A stretch of 64,000 bases of DNA. Origin: Gammaproteobacteria bacterium. Its GTDB lineage: Bacteria > Pseudomonadota > Gammaproteobacteria > Ga0077536. Location: NCBI GenBank assembly GCA_963662545.2, contig CAXXLL010000003.1:2336001-2400000 (forward strand). The letters run 5' to 3'. This document shows positions 10,096-19,057 of this stretch, piece by piece (within the stretch, counting starts at the first letter, position 1; every line of letters begins with the position of its first letter). The position numbers were made by a program, and so were the translations under genes. The notes beneath the pieces were generated by a model. That model did no database searches, was not told the origin of the DNA, and saw only the letters and a list, made by a program, of their open reading frames with translations.

Positions 10096-10297
10096 CGTCC
10101 ACTCCTTTCGCGCTGCAGATAATGTGATCGTACCCGCAGGCTGCGCTTTTTATTGGCTTTGAGCATAAGGGATTCGTTGCACTTTCGTCCGGCGGCATCA
10201 TTTCACAAAATAACGGCTCGTGCCCATGTGAAATGGTCACCAGTTGTCGACCGCGAAAATCGTCGCGGTCTGTACCCATCCATAAACGTCAATATTT

Positions 10298-10390
10298 CTC
10301 TCGCCAAGGTGCAAAGACGCCAAGATAGCAGCGAGTATAATTTCAATAACAATTACTCGTCACTTTGCGACCTTTGCGTGTTAGCGAGAG
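10298..10390. repeat. Degenerate palindromic intergenic element with GCAAAG/CTTTGC motifs
   Basis: CTCTCGCCAAGGTGCAAAGACGCCAAG ... CTTTGCGACCTTTGCGTGTTAGCGAGAG around an AT-rich inner inverted repeat. Confidence 0.55.
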
Positions 10391-10433
10391 TTATGCTTTC
10401 TGGCTGGACAGTAGCCAGCGTCAACTGCTCGCC

Positions 10434-11837
10434 ATGAGTTATGCGCGCACAGAACAAACCTTAATGAACTGCGATAGCGCCGACATTCACCACAAGGCAC
10501 CGCCACCCGGTCGCGCGATCGGAGCCGTGCGGGACAACATCGTTGCCGGCTGTCGGCTGTCGCTCGCCCGCCGAGTCGCGCGCTCCGACTTTCGCGCCTC
10601 ATTCGGTCACCTGCTGTTCGCTCTGATTTTGAGCGGGTGCGCAACGGTGCTCGTACACCGCATCGAGGCCGGCGCTGGATCGCTCTTCTGGATATGGGGT
10701 TTCATCAGTACCTCGGCGAAACTCCAAGTATGGCTGGCGGTGCTGGCCGTAATCGCCTGGCGATCGGTCGGAACTGGCGCGTTCGTGACACTCGTAACGG
10801 TCATCGTCTACGCGAGCCTGCCACTGTGGCTCGTGACGTTCGCGCTCCAGGCCGTTGCTGATCTCCATGCGCCGTATGTCACGATATACGCCTATTGCGT
10901 GCTGCTCTGGCACCTCGCCATATTCTGGCGAGCGTTTCGCCTTTTGCCGTCCGTCGGAATATCGCAGACCATGGGTGCACTCGTGCTGTATTGCGCAGCG
11001 CTCTTCGTCATCACCGATCTTTTGCCGGACTCGCGGATGTTCTATCAGCAGACCGCGTCGGCGCCGGGTCTCGATATTGAATCCATTTATTACCGGCAAA
11101 CCGCGCTGCTCGATCGTGAACTCGATGCGCTCGCACCGGAAATACCCGCGCGCGCCGACGTCTATTTCGTGGGCGTCGGGGCCTTCGCGTCACAGGATGT
11201 GTTCATGCGTGAGGTAAAACAGGTTAGAAACCTCTTCGAGGGGCCTTTAGGCCTCGTAGGTCGCGCGGTTTCCCTGGTCAACAACCCGGCTACTGTGTGG
11301 AACACGCCGCTGGCCAACCTGCACAATCTCGAACGCGCGACCGCACACTTGAGCGGGATAATGAATGTTGATGAGGACATTCTGTTTTTGTTCGTCACCT
11401 CGCACGGTAACGAAGATACCTCGGTCGCGGTCGATTTCGAAGACCTCGGGCTGAACGACATATATGCCGGCGATATTCGCGCCGCGCTGGACACAGCCGG
11501 GATCCGCTGGCGAGTCGTCGTGGTCTCAGCCTGCTATTCAGGCGGCTTTATCGATGAATTAAAGACATCCGACACCCTCGTGATCACCGCCGCGGCGCGG
11601 GACCGGGCCTCGTTCGGCTGTAGCCACGAAAATAACTGGACGTATTTCGGGCGGGCTTATTTCGAACAAGCGCTCCTCCAGACGCGGGATTTCGTCGAAG
11701 CCTTCGAAGTGGCGCGCGCCATTATCTCCAAACGGGAGCGTGACGAAGGCAAACAAGCTTCGAAGCCGCAGATTTGGGCGGGCGACGCGATCGCGCAGCA
11801 TCTGAAAGATTGGCAGCCGCTGGCGGAGATGCGTTAA
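10434..11837 (+). CDS. Membrane-anchored peptidase C13 family protein
   Basis: Several TM helices, then LFLFVTSHG and VVSACYSGGF catalytic motifs, ASFGCS. Confidence 0.85.
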   Translation: MSYARTEQTLMNCDSADIHHKAPPPGRAIGAVRDNIVAGCRLSLARRVARSDFRASFGHLLFALILSGCATVLVHRIEAGAGSLFWIWGFISTSAKLQVWLAVLAVIAWRSVGTGAFVTLVTVIVYASLPLWLVTFALQAVADLHAPYVTIYAYCVLLWHLAIFWRAFRLLPSVGISQTMGALVLYCAALFVITDLLPDSRMFYQQTASAPGLDIESIYYRQTALLDRELDALAPEIPARADVYFVGVGAFASQDVFMREVKQVRNLFEGPLGLVGRAVSLVNNPATVWNTPLANLHNLERATAHLSGIMNVDEDILFLFVTSHGNEDTSVAVDFEDLGLNDIYAGDIRAALDTAGIRWRVVVVSACYSGGFIDELKTSDTLVITAAARDRASFGCSHENNWTYFGRAYFEQALLQTRDFVEAFEVARAIISKRERDEGKQASKPQIWAGDAIAQHLKDWQPLAEMR

Positions 11838-12250
11838 CCCCCGCCGAACATCTTCCTCAGGTTGTCCATCCCTGCCTGGTAGACCTCCTGGACCGCCGAC
11901 GATGCGTCAATTTCTGAAGCGCCGCTCGGATCGAACTCACTCGACCATTCGAGCACGGATTTTCCGGCGCCATCGTCTTTGACGCGCAGGGTCGCGGTGT
12001 AGTTTGCCACCGGTAGCGGGCTGCTGACGATGCTGTAGCGGTAGAGACGATCACCTTCCTCGATCTGTTCGAGGCGTTCGACGATCTCGCCGCCGCCGAA
12101 CAGGGCAAGCCGGCGAACTCGGCCATCGTCCTCGAGTTTGCTGCTGGTCACAGCCGGATGCCAGTCGGGCAACGCGTTGAACTGCCCGATGAGTTTCCAC
12201 AATTCATCCGGGTCCATGTTTATTTCAGATTTCATCGAGACTTTAGCCAT
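11834..12250 (-). CDS. SRPBCC (polyketide cyclase-like) protein
   Basis: LWKLIGQFNALPDWHP, IVERL, YRYSIVSSPLPVANY. Confidence 0.85.
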   Translation of the reverse strand: MAKVSMKSEINMDPDELWKLIGQFNALPDWHPAVTSSKLEDDGRVRRLALFGGGEIVERLEQIEEGDRLYRYSIVSSPLPVANYTATLRVKDDGAGKSVLEWSSEFDPSGASEIDASSAVQEVYQAGMDNLRKMFGGG

Positions 12251-12401
12251 GGGTGTTTCCCTTTGTCGTTCATCGTTTTCTGCGATTTAGACATTGCGCC
12301 GCCCGCGAGCGCGGTGCCGAGACGCTATGCGTGCCTTATGAATACTATAGAATATGTAAAGGAGAACAGCGTCAATTAGTGATGCCTTAGGATCACATCA
12401 G

Positions 12402-12599
12402 ATGAGTACTAAACCCCGGGAAATCAAGATCGTAGACGATGACATAGAGGACGTCGGCTGTGATGGGGGCGCGGCCGCCCTCGGCCATCCCTTGATCTAC
12501 CTGCCGTTCACAAGCCGCAACTACGTCGATTGCTATTACTGCGGTCAACGCTTTGCGAAATCGGGCTATGAAAAGCCCGATGACACGGCCGGCGTCTGA
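12402..12599 (+). CDS. zf-CHCC zinc-finger protein
   Basis: [12 protein letters not shown] ... CYYCG. Confidence 0.85.
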   Translation: MSTKPREIKIVDDDIEDVGCDGGAAALGHPLIYLPFTSRNYVDCYYCGQRFAKSGYEKPDDTAGV

Positions 12600-12613
12600 G
12601 ACCGGCACCTGCC

Positions 12614-12889
12614 ATGCGAGCATTGCACTACCCGGTCTGCTGGTTGATCAACGGTTACCAGTGGTTGATCTCACCCGTGCTCGGGCCCCACTGCCGGCAC
12701 CTCCCCACTTGCTCCGAATTCGCGCTCGAGGCGTTCGAACGACACGGCCTCTGGCGCGGCGCCGCCTTGAGCATCGGCCGCCTCCTGCGCTGTCATCCAT
12801 GGGGGACGAGCGGCTACGATCCGGTCCCCGAAGTTCGTGTTACGTGTGAAAAAAGCAAGGCGCGTGTGTCGTCGCGATTGACCGAATAA
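12614..12889 (+). CDS. yidD: Membrane protein insertion efficiency factor
   Basis: [29 protein letters not shown]. Confidence 0.9.
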   Translation: MRALHYPVCWLINGYQWLISPVLGPHCRHLPTCSEFALEAFERHGLWRGAALSIGRLLRCHPWGTSGYDPVPEVRVTCEKSKARVSSRLTE

Positions 12890-12971
12890 AATATTCGCCC
12901 GCAAGCGGGCTCCTACCTCCGAATCATTCATTTCGTGCTCGCCATCCATGGCGCTCTGCCAGAAAAATCCC

Positions 12972-13490
12972 CTAGTTCGCCCGATCAAAGTCGACCATCT
13001 CGCGTTCAATACCGCGTTGCTTGAGCCAGTCCTGTAATGCTTTGCCCGTACCGGCCGTCCATGGCTTGACCTCTTCGACGTGCACCCACTTGTGGTCGGC
13101 GATCTCCTCGGTGCAAAGCGTAACTTCCTTCGATTCGACGGTTAAGTGGTAGGCAATGATGAGTTGATTGCGGCGATAGAACTCGTACATACCGATGTAC
13201 GACTGCATTTCCGCCTGCAAACCGATCTCTTCTTCGATCTCGCGGGCAATCCCTTCTTCCGGCATTTCCCCGGACTCGAGAAAACCCGTGACGAGCCCAT
13301 ACCAGTGCTGCGGCCATCCGACGTTTCTAACCAGCACCACATGATCGTCGTGTTCAACGATCGCTGCGACGACGGGGACCGGATTATCCCAATGCACGAA
13401 TCCACATTGCCCATCCGGACAAGCCAGGCGTTCGCGGCCCGACAGGGGCAGGCGCATGAGGGGTGATCCGCAATAGGGACAATATTTCAT
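12972..13490 (-). CDS. NUDIX hydrolase with N-terminal zinc ribbon
   Basis: YCPYCG, CGFVHWDNP, Nudix box GFLESGE..EEGIAREIEEEIGL. Confidence 0.9.
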   Translation of the reverse strand: MKYCPYCGSPLMRLPLSGRERLACPDGQCGFVHWDNPVPVVAAIVEHDDHVVLVRNVGWPQHWYGLVTGFLESGEMPEEGIAREIEEEIGLQAEMQSYIGMYEFYRRNQLIIAYHLTVESKEVTLCTEEIADHKWVHVEEVKPWTAGTGKALQDWLKQRGIEREMVDFDRAN

Positions 13491-13539
13491 CGGGGGCTAC
13501 CTTTTTTAATGGGTGTCCATTCGGGAAGAATATTAATGT

Positions 13540-15621
13540 TTATGGATGGACACTACTCAACGGTTGGAGATAAACGCCGCTCACACCAATCCGCTGCGGT
13601 CCATTCTCAGGCGATGATGCCGCGGATTCGAACTGAATGAAGCTGTCGAGGCCGATCGTCACCTCGCCGATTGGCGTCAACCGTGGGCTTACGGTGCCCG
13701 CCCGAACCGATCCGTTCTCGATCGAATGCCGCTTACCGCCGAGGATCACGGAAAAATCTCCATAAGAGTCTGCGCGCGTGCTGGCGACATCCACGCGGTA
13801 TCTGCCCGGTGCGACGCCGGTCAGCGGCGCCCGTAGCCACTGTGCCGGCGCGTTGAATTCGATTTCCAGATAACGGCTGCCCGGCCAAGACGCGGTCGCC
13901 GGCCGAGATGCGACGTGAACGCCGCCGCCCGTACTCAAGTGCCCGAACCCATCCAGGGCGTGAAAGTTTGTTTGATCGTGGGGCGCCGAGCGGTACGCCG
14001 CCGCAGCGCCGGCCATCACCACGAGCGCGAGGACGAGCGCGACGCCGTTCCAGCGAGCGGTCGCCAGGTTCTGGGTCTTTTTCAAAGCGCACCACGCCAG
14101 CACCACCACCGAACACGCCAGGATCGCGAGCATCACGCGGCTGGACTGGAACGAGACGCTGAAATAGCCGGGCTCGTAGCCTAGTTCGCGCTGGAAGGGA
14201 ATGGACACGACGCGGAGCGACGCCATCCCTAGCACGAGGACGGCCATGAGGGAGGCCCGGGTTTCGCGCTCAATGCGCCACGCCGCGAGCGGCAGCAGCG
14301 CGAGAAATACATAGTAGTAAATGAAAGGCGAGAACACGGTGAATACCGCGACCGAGCCGAGCAACACCGTCGCCGCCATGGGATCGCGTCCGCGTACGGC
14401 CATCACGGTCGACACCAGCAGTGCGAGCCCCAGGAACTCCCGGAACGGACCGAACGACGCCGCGTCGTGCTGGATGGCCCCGAGCCACGCGTTCATCGCG
14501 TTCAGAGCGTCGGCAGCGCCCTCGAACGATGGCCATACCAGTACATTCCAGAAACTCGCGACTTTGAGCAGACCGATCGAATTGCTGCCGTAGGGGTTGA
14601 TTCGCACCTGCAGCACCTCGACAAACTCATACCAGACCCCAGGCCCGAACATGATCAACGATAGCGCCCCGAAGGCTATGCCGCCCGCCACGCCGGCCGC
14701 ACACACTCGCAATAAGCCACCGCGCAGGTTGGGTTTCCCAAGCGCCAGCACCAGCACCGCGCTGAGTGCGAATACCACCGGGAACGCGCGGCACACCACC
14801 GCAATTGCGAGCAGGAAACCGGCCAACGCAAACCGCCTGACGGCCAGCGCGATCACGCCGCCGGTGAGCGCGGCGTACCAGTCGGCACGAAAGTAGCTGC
14901 CGCCGGTCCAACCGAGATTGGCGAGGGGACTGGCGAAGTAAAACAGGAGATAGGCAAGCGTGGGTACTAACCCAAAGGCGCGATACACCACTAAGGGCAA
15001 CACGACGAGGAGCAAGACCTGGTCGATCAAGGGCAGCCAAATGAGCGCCTCGGCGTTGAGCGGCACCCGGTTGGCGACAAACGACGCGGCGACGTTCCAT
15101 CCGGGCGGTGAATTATTGCCGAGATCGTTCAACATGGGGCGCCAGGTTTGGTCGCTCGCATCGTGTGCCAGTAGCACGGCGAGGTCGTCCTTGAACCGCG
15201 CCCAGCGTGCCGCGGCAAACGAATCGCGGCATTGCGCGGCTTTCGCATCGAGCGCTGCACCGACTACGATCTCTGACGGCCGGTCGAGCGACCGCGAGAA
15301 GGTGACCGACGGCACGTCGTGGCCCTCGCGTTCGAGTTCGTCCAACGCGGCATGGGTGCAGAGATAAAGCCGCATGTGTCCGACTTCCCGATAGTACTTA
15401 GCGCCGACGTAATAATGATAGAAATCGTGCAGATGCAGCCAGCGTTCGGGTTTCTGCGTGAGCCAAGAATTGAAGTAGACGACCGCCATGATCGCCACCG
15501 TGAGCATGGCGCCGGCCTTCAATCCGCGCAGCAGTGGTACGGAACGCACGGACGGCGCATACAGCGTCGCCAGGCAGGCGCCGCCCGCCAGGAATACTAG
15601 GGTTTCGCCGTAATAAGGCAT
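13540..15621 (-). CDS. Polytopic membrane protein, probable GT-C glycosyltransferase
   Basis: More than 10 TM segments, HDFYHYY acidic loop after first TMs, C-terminal soluble beta domain; same strand and downstream of ubiA. Confidence 0.6.
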   Translation of the reverse strand: MPYYGETLVFLAGGACLATLYAPSVRSVPLLRGLKAGAMLTVAIMAVVYFNSWLTQKPERWLHLHDFYHYYVGAKYYREVGHMRLYLCTHAALDELEREGHDVPSVTFSRSLDRPSEIVVGAALDAKAAQCRDSFAAARWARFKDDLAVLLAHDASDQTWRPMLNDLGNNSPPGWNVAASFVANRVPLNAEALIWLPLIDQVLLLVVLPLVVYRAFGLVPTLAYLLFYFASPLANLGWTGGSYFRADWYAALTGGVIALAVRRFALAGFLLAIAVVCRAFPVVFALSAVLVLALGKPNLRGGLLRVCAAGVAGGIAFGALSLIMFGPGVWYEFVEVLQVRINPYGSNSIGLLKVASFWNVLVWPSFEGAADALNAMNAWLGAIQHDAASFGPFREFLGLALLVSTVMAVRGRDPMAATVLLGSVAVFTVFSPFIYYYVFLALLPLAAWRIERETRASLMAVLVLGMASLRVVSIPFQRELGYEPGYFSVSFQSSRVMLAILACSVVVLAWCALKKTQNLATARWNGVALVLALVVMAGAAAAYRSAPHDQTNFHALDGFGHLSTGGGVHVASRPATASWPGSRYLEIEFNAPAQWLRAPLTGVAPGRYRVDVASTRADSYGDFSVILGGKRHSIENGSVRAGTVSPRLTPIGEVTIGLDSFIQFESAASSPENGPQRIGVSGVYLQPLSSVHP

Positions 15622-15751
15622 CGACAAAATAGAGAAACGCGAAATGGAGTCAGAACAAACTAAGGGCAACGCATTTCGACATGGGCCGGTGAGTTGCCAT
15701 TAGTTTTCTTTGGCCCATTTATCCTCCAAGGTCTCGTTGCGGCCGGTTGCG

Positions 15752-16618
15752 TCAACCGGCGCTGATCGCCCAGACGCAGGTTGCCAGCCACACTGCGATC
15801 GTCACCATTAACTGCCAATCACCGAGGAGCGCGTCGCTAGGCGATTCCCCGGCCTTGCGACATTCAACCAGCCAGCCGTAACGAAACAGGCCAAAGAGCA
15901 CGATAGGAATCGTGAAGACGAGTTCCGGGCGCGTCGACATGACGAACAGGCTGTAGAAAACCAGCGCCCCGGTCGCCGCTGTCTGCGCGTAGCGATCCAG
16001 CAGGGGCATGGTGTACTGCTTCAAGACATCCCGCCCCGTGGCCTCATTCAGATTCAGCTCCTGGCGCCGTTTGATCGTCGCGAGGTAAAGCGCGAGGCAC
16101 AAGCTTGTGACGAACATCCAGGCCGAAACGGGTACCGCGATTGCCTGCGCGCCCGCGTACACCCGCATGACGAATCCGATGGATATCGAAAAGATATCGA
16201 CGACGGGTTGCTTCTGCAGGAACCAGGTATGGGCGATGTTGAGCCCGATATAACAGAGCACCACCTGCATGAACGCCGGCTTCAATACGTAGGCGCCGAG
16301 GATAATGCCGTACAAAACGACGAGTACCAGTATTGCGTCGCGCGTTCCGATGATCCCGGCCGCCAGCGGACGCTTGCGCGCTTTGACCGGATGCATACGG
16401 TCTTCGTCGACGTCGTGAATATCGTTCAACACGTAGACGGACGAAGAGGCGATGCAGAACAATACGAACGCCGCAACAGCGCGCATGATCGAGGCGGGGT
16501 CGAAGAACGCTCCGGCGAAAACAAGCGGCGCGAGTACGAACGCATTCTTGACCCATTCGCGAGGCCGCAGCAACGCGACGAACCCTGCAGCGCGCGATGG
16601 AGTATTGAGTTCGGCCAC
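15752..16618 (-). CDS. UbiA-family polyprenyl-phosphate phosphoribosyltransferase (Rv3806c-like)
   Basis: LLRPREWVKN, YVLNDIHDVDEDRMHPVK..RPLAAG, KRRQEL; start uncertain because a palindrome overlaps the 5' region. Confidence 0.88.
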   Translation of the reverse strand: MAELNTPSRAAGFVALLRPREWVKNAFVLAPLVFAGAFFDPASIMRAVAAFVLFCIASSSVYVLNDIHDVDEDRMHPVKARKRPLAAGIIGTRDAILVLVVLYGIILGAYVLKPAFMQVVLCYIGLNIAHTWFLQKQPVVDIFSISIGFVMRVYAGAQAIAVPVSAWMFVTSLCLALYLATIKRRQELNLNEATGRDVLKQYTMPLLDRYAQTAATGALVFYSLFVMSTRPELVFTIPIVLFGLFRYGWLVECRKAGESPSDALLGDWQLMVTIAVWLATCVWAISAG

Positions 16619-16619
16619 T

Positions 16620-16707
16620 GGAAAAAAGGGGTCGGAGTCAATTAATGACAACGTGCAATTCGATATTCGATCGCATTGCTATTAATTGACTCCGACCCCT
16701 TTTTTCC
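16620..16707. repeat. REP-doublet-like element with perfect 27-bp inverted repeat
   Basis: GGAAAAAAGGGGTCGGAGTCAATTAAT (16620-16646) and its exact reverse complement (16681-16707), 34-bp spacer. Confidence 0.85.
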
Positions 16708-16783
16708 CGAAGGGACATATCCTACCGGCGGGCGCTATTATAGCTGGTGAAGAAATCAGTCGGGGCCGAGCGAAAAAAAAGCG

Positions 16784-18085
16784 ATGCGACTAGCCGGTTG
16801 GGGACGGTACCCGTCAAGCGAAGTGCGGGTTACCGCGATCAGGACACGGGACGATCTCGCGCGCACCTTGCGGCAGGCAAACGGTCCCTGCATCGCGCGC
16901 GGCATGGGGCGCAGCTACGGTGATTCAAGCCTGGCGCCGCACGTTATCGACTTGAGGCGGCACGATCATTTCCTGAACTTCGATTCGGATCGGGGCACCA
17001 TACGCTGCGGTGCCGGCGCGACCCTTGCCGCTCTTTTGGACATCGTTGTGCCGCGCGGCTGGTTCCTCCCCGTCACTCCGGGCACCGGTTTCGTCAGCGT
17101 CGGTGGCGCCATCGCCAGCGACGTGCACGGTAAGAATCATCACCGCGACGGCTCTTTCGCGGACTTCGTCGAAAGTCTTCTTCTGATGATGCCGAATGGT
17201 GAACTCGTCACCTGCTCAAGTGAAGAAAATGCCGAGCTGTTCCATGCGGCGGCAGGCGGCATGGGGCTCAGCGGCATCATCGTCGACGCCGTCCTGAAAC
17301 TCAGACGCATCCGGAGTAGCTTTGTTGACGAGCGTATCGTCAAGACCAGCGACCTCCACGACACCCTCGCCTGTCTCGACGAACATGGCGAAGCGACCTA
17401 CGTCGTCGCGTGGCTCGACGCGAACAAGCGCGGCGCGGCGCGCGGCCGCGCGCTCGTTATGATCGGCGAACACGCTCAAGACGATGACTTCGAGGTGCAC
17501 CGCAAGCCGCACGCGCGAATTCCCTTCGACCTGCCCTCGATGTGTTTGAACAGCCTCGTCATGCGGCTTTTCAACGCGCTCTACTACGAGCGCATTCGTA
17601 CTCGCATGACCACGCGTAGGACTCATTACGAACCGTATTTCTACCCGCTCGATCGTCTCCGCGACTGGAATCGGCTGTACGGTCGGGCGGGCCTTCTGCA
17701 GCACCAATCCGTGGTCCCGCGCACATCGGCTAGAGAAGCCATTGAGGAGCTGCTCTCTTGCGTTGCCACCAGCGGTCTTGGTTCGCCGCTGTCGGTATTA
17801 AAGGCCCTTGGTGAGGGCAATCAAAATTATCTTTCCTTTCCCCGTGCAGGCTATACCTTGACGATGGACTTCAAGCGCAGCGACACGGCCTTGGCGTTGA
17901 TGGGGCGGCTCGACGACATCGTGCTCGCACACGGCGGGCGGATGTATCTGGCCAAGGACGCCTGCATGAGCGAATCGACCTTCAAGCGCAGCTACCCGGC
18001 CTGGGAAGTTTTTCAAACCGTACGCGAACGACACGGCGCACTGGGTCGGTTCAGTTCACTGCAGGCACAGCGTCTGGGTCTATAG
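16784..18085 (+). CDS. DprE1-like FAD-binding oxidoreductase
   Basis: GWGRYP, ARGMGRSYGD, PVTPGT, GGAIASDVHGKNHH, GGRMYLAKD. Confidence 0.9.
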   Translation: MRLAGWGRYPSSEVRVTAIRTRDDLARTLRQANGPCIARGMGRSYGDSSLAPHVIDLRRHDHFLNFDSDRGTIRCGAGATLAALLDIVVPRGWFLPVTPGTGFVSVGGAIASDVHGKNHHRDGSFADFVESLLLMMPNGELVTCSSEENAELFHAAAGGMGLSGIIVDAVLKLRRIRSSFVDERIVKTSDLHDTLACLDEHGEATYVVAWLDANKRGAARGRALVMIGEHAQDDDFEVHRKPHARIPFDLPSMCLNSLVMRLFNALYYERIRTRMTTRRTHYEPYFYPLDRLRDWNRLYGRAGLLQHQSVVPRTSAREAIEELLSCVATSGLGSPLSVLKALGEGNQNYLSFPRAGYTLTMDFKRSDTALALMGRLDDIVLAHGGRMYLAKDACMSESTFKRSYPAWEVFQTVRERHGALGRFSSLQAQRLGL

Positions 18086-18315
18086 TGCGCTGTCCCGTAA
18101 TAAGCCTTCATAATTCGCTGGTCCTCGTGCCGCGCTACGGCGTTGCTCGTCGTTGCCGTATTGCGGATACCATCCATGGCATCCGCCCTTCGGGCCCGCC
18201 TGCGGCGGTCCAAATTCGTTCCGGACGAATTTGTCCCGATACGACGCCTCCTCGCGCCTTGTATCGCACCACGAGTCCTGCGCGATTTATTGAAGTTTAT
18301 TACGGGACAGCACAC
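18085..18315. mobile_element. MITE (231 bp) with terminal inverted repeats and TA duplication, carrying a nested hairpin element
   Basis: TA-GTGCGCTGTCCCGTAATAA ... TTATTACGGGACAGCACAC-TA; removal restores TAG-C-ATG between the flanking genes. Confidence 0.8.
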
Positions 18316-18319
18316 TAGC

Positions 18320-19057
18320 ATGCAGAAGATTCTCATCATCGGCGCGACCTCCGCCATCGCGGAAGCGACCGCCCGGCTCTACGCGCGCCGCGGCGATACC
18401 CTCTACCTCGTGGCGCGCAACGAAGAGCGGCTGGCGGGAATAGCGAACGACCTCGCAATACGCGGCGCGCATAAAGTAGAAACCGCCGCGTTCGATATTC
18501 TCGAACACGAACGCCACCGAGCGCTGCTGGAGCGCGCCGCCGAAACCATGGACGGGATCGATGTCATTCTCGTCGCGCATGGAATCCTGCCCGATCAAGC
18601 GGCCTGCGAAAAGGACCCCGAGCGGATGCGCGACGCGTTCGAGGTCAATGCGCTCGGCACGATGTCGCTGCTGACCTTGGTCGCGAACGTGCTAGAGGCG
18701 CAGGGATCTGGCACCCTGGCCGTGATCGGTTCGGTGGCGGGAGATCGCGGCCGCAAGAGCAACTATGTATACGGTGCCTCGAAGGCGGCCCTCCATACCT
18801 TCCTGCAAGGGCTGCGCAACCGGCTCGCGGGCCAGGGCATCAAGGTAATCACGATCAAACCCGGCTTTGTCGATACGCCCATGACCGCGGCATTCGAAAA
18901 AGGACCCCTGTGGGCTGCGCCCGAGACGATCGCGGCCGGCATTGTAAATGCGATAGAGAACGGCCGGGATGTAGTCTACCTGCCCTGGTTTTGGCGCCTC
19001 ATCATGCTGGTGGTCGGGACCATCCCCGAACCGCTGTTCAAACGTTTGTCGCTTTGA
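18320..19057 (+). CDS. DprE2-like short-chain dehydrogenase
   Basis: IIGATSAIA, SVAGDRGRKSNYVYGASKAA, KPGFVDTPMT. Confidence 0.9.
   Translation: MQKILIIGATSAIAEATARLYARRGDTLYLVARNEERLAGIANDLAIRGAHKVETAAFDILEHERHRALLERAAETMDGIDVILVAHGILPDQAACEKDPERMRDAFEVNALGTMSLLTLVANVLEAQGSGTLAVIGSVAGDRGRKSNYVYGASKAALHTFLQGLRNRLAGQGIKVITIKPGFVDTPMTAAFEKGPLWAAPETIAAGIVNAIENGRDVVYLPWFWRLIMLVVGTIPEPLFKRLSL

Noticed and set aside
18143-18319. 59-aa N-terminal extension of the DprE2-like ORF
   Set aside because: Read-through of the MITE; the SDR fold starts at ATG 18320
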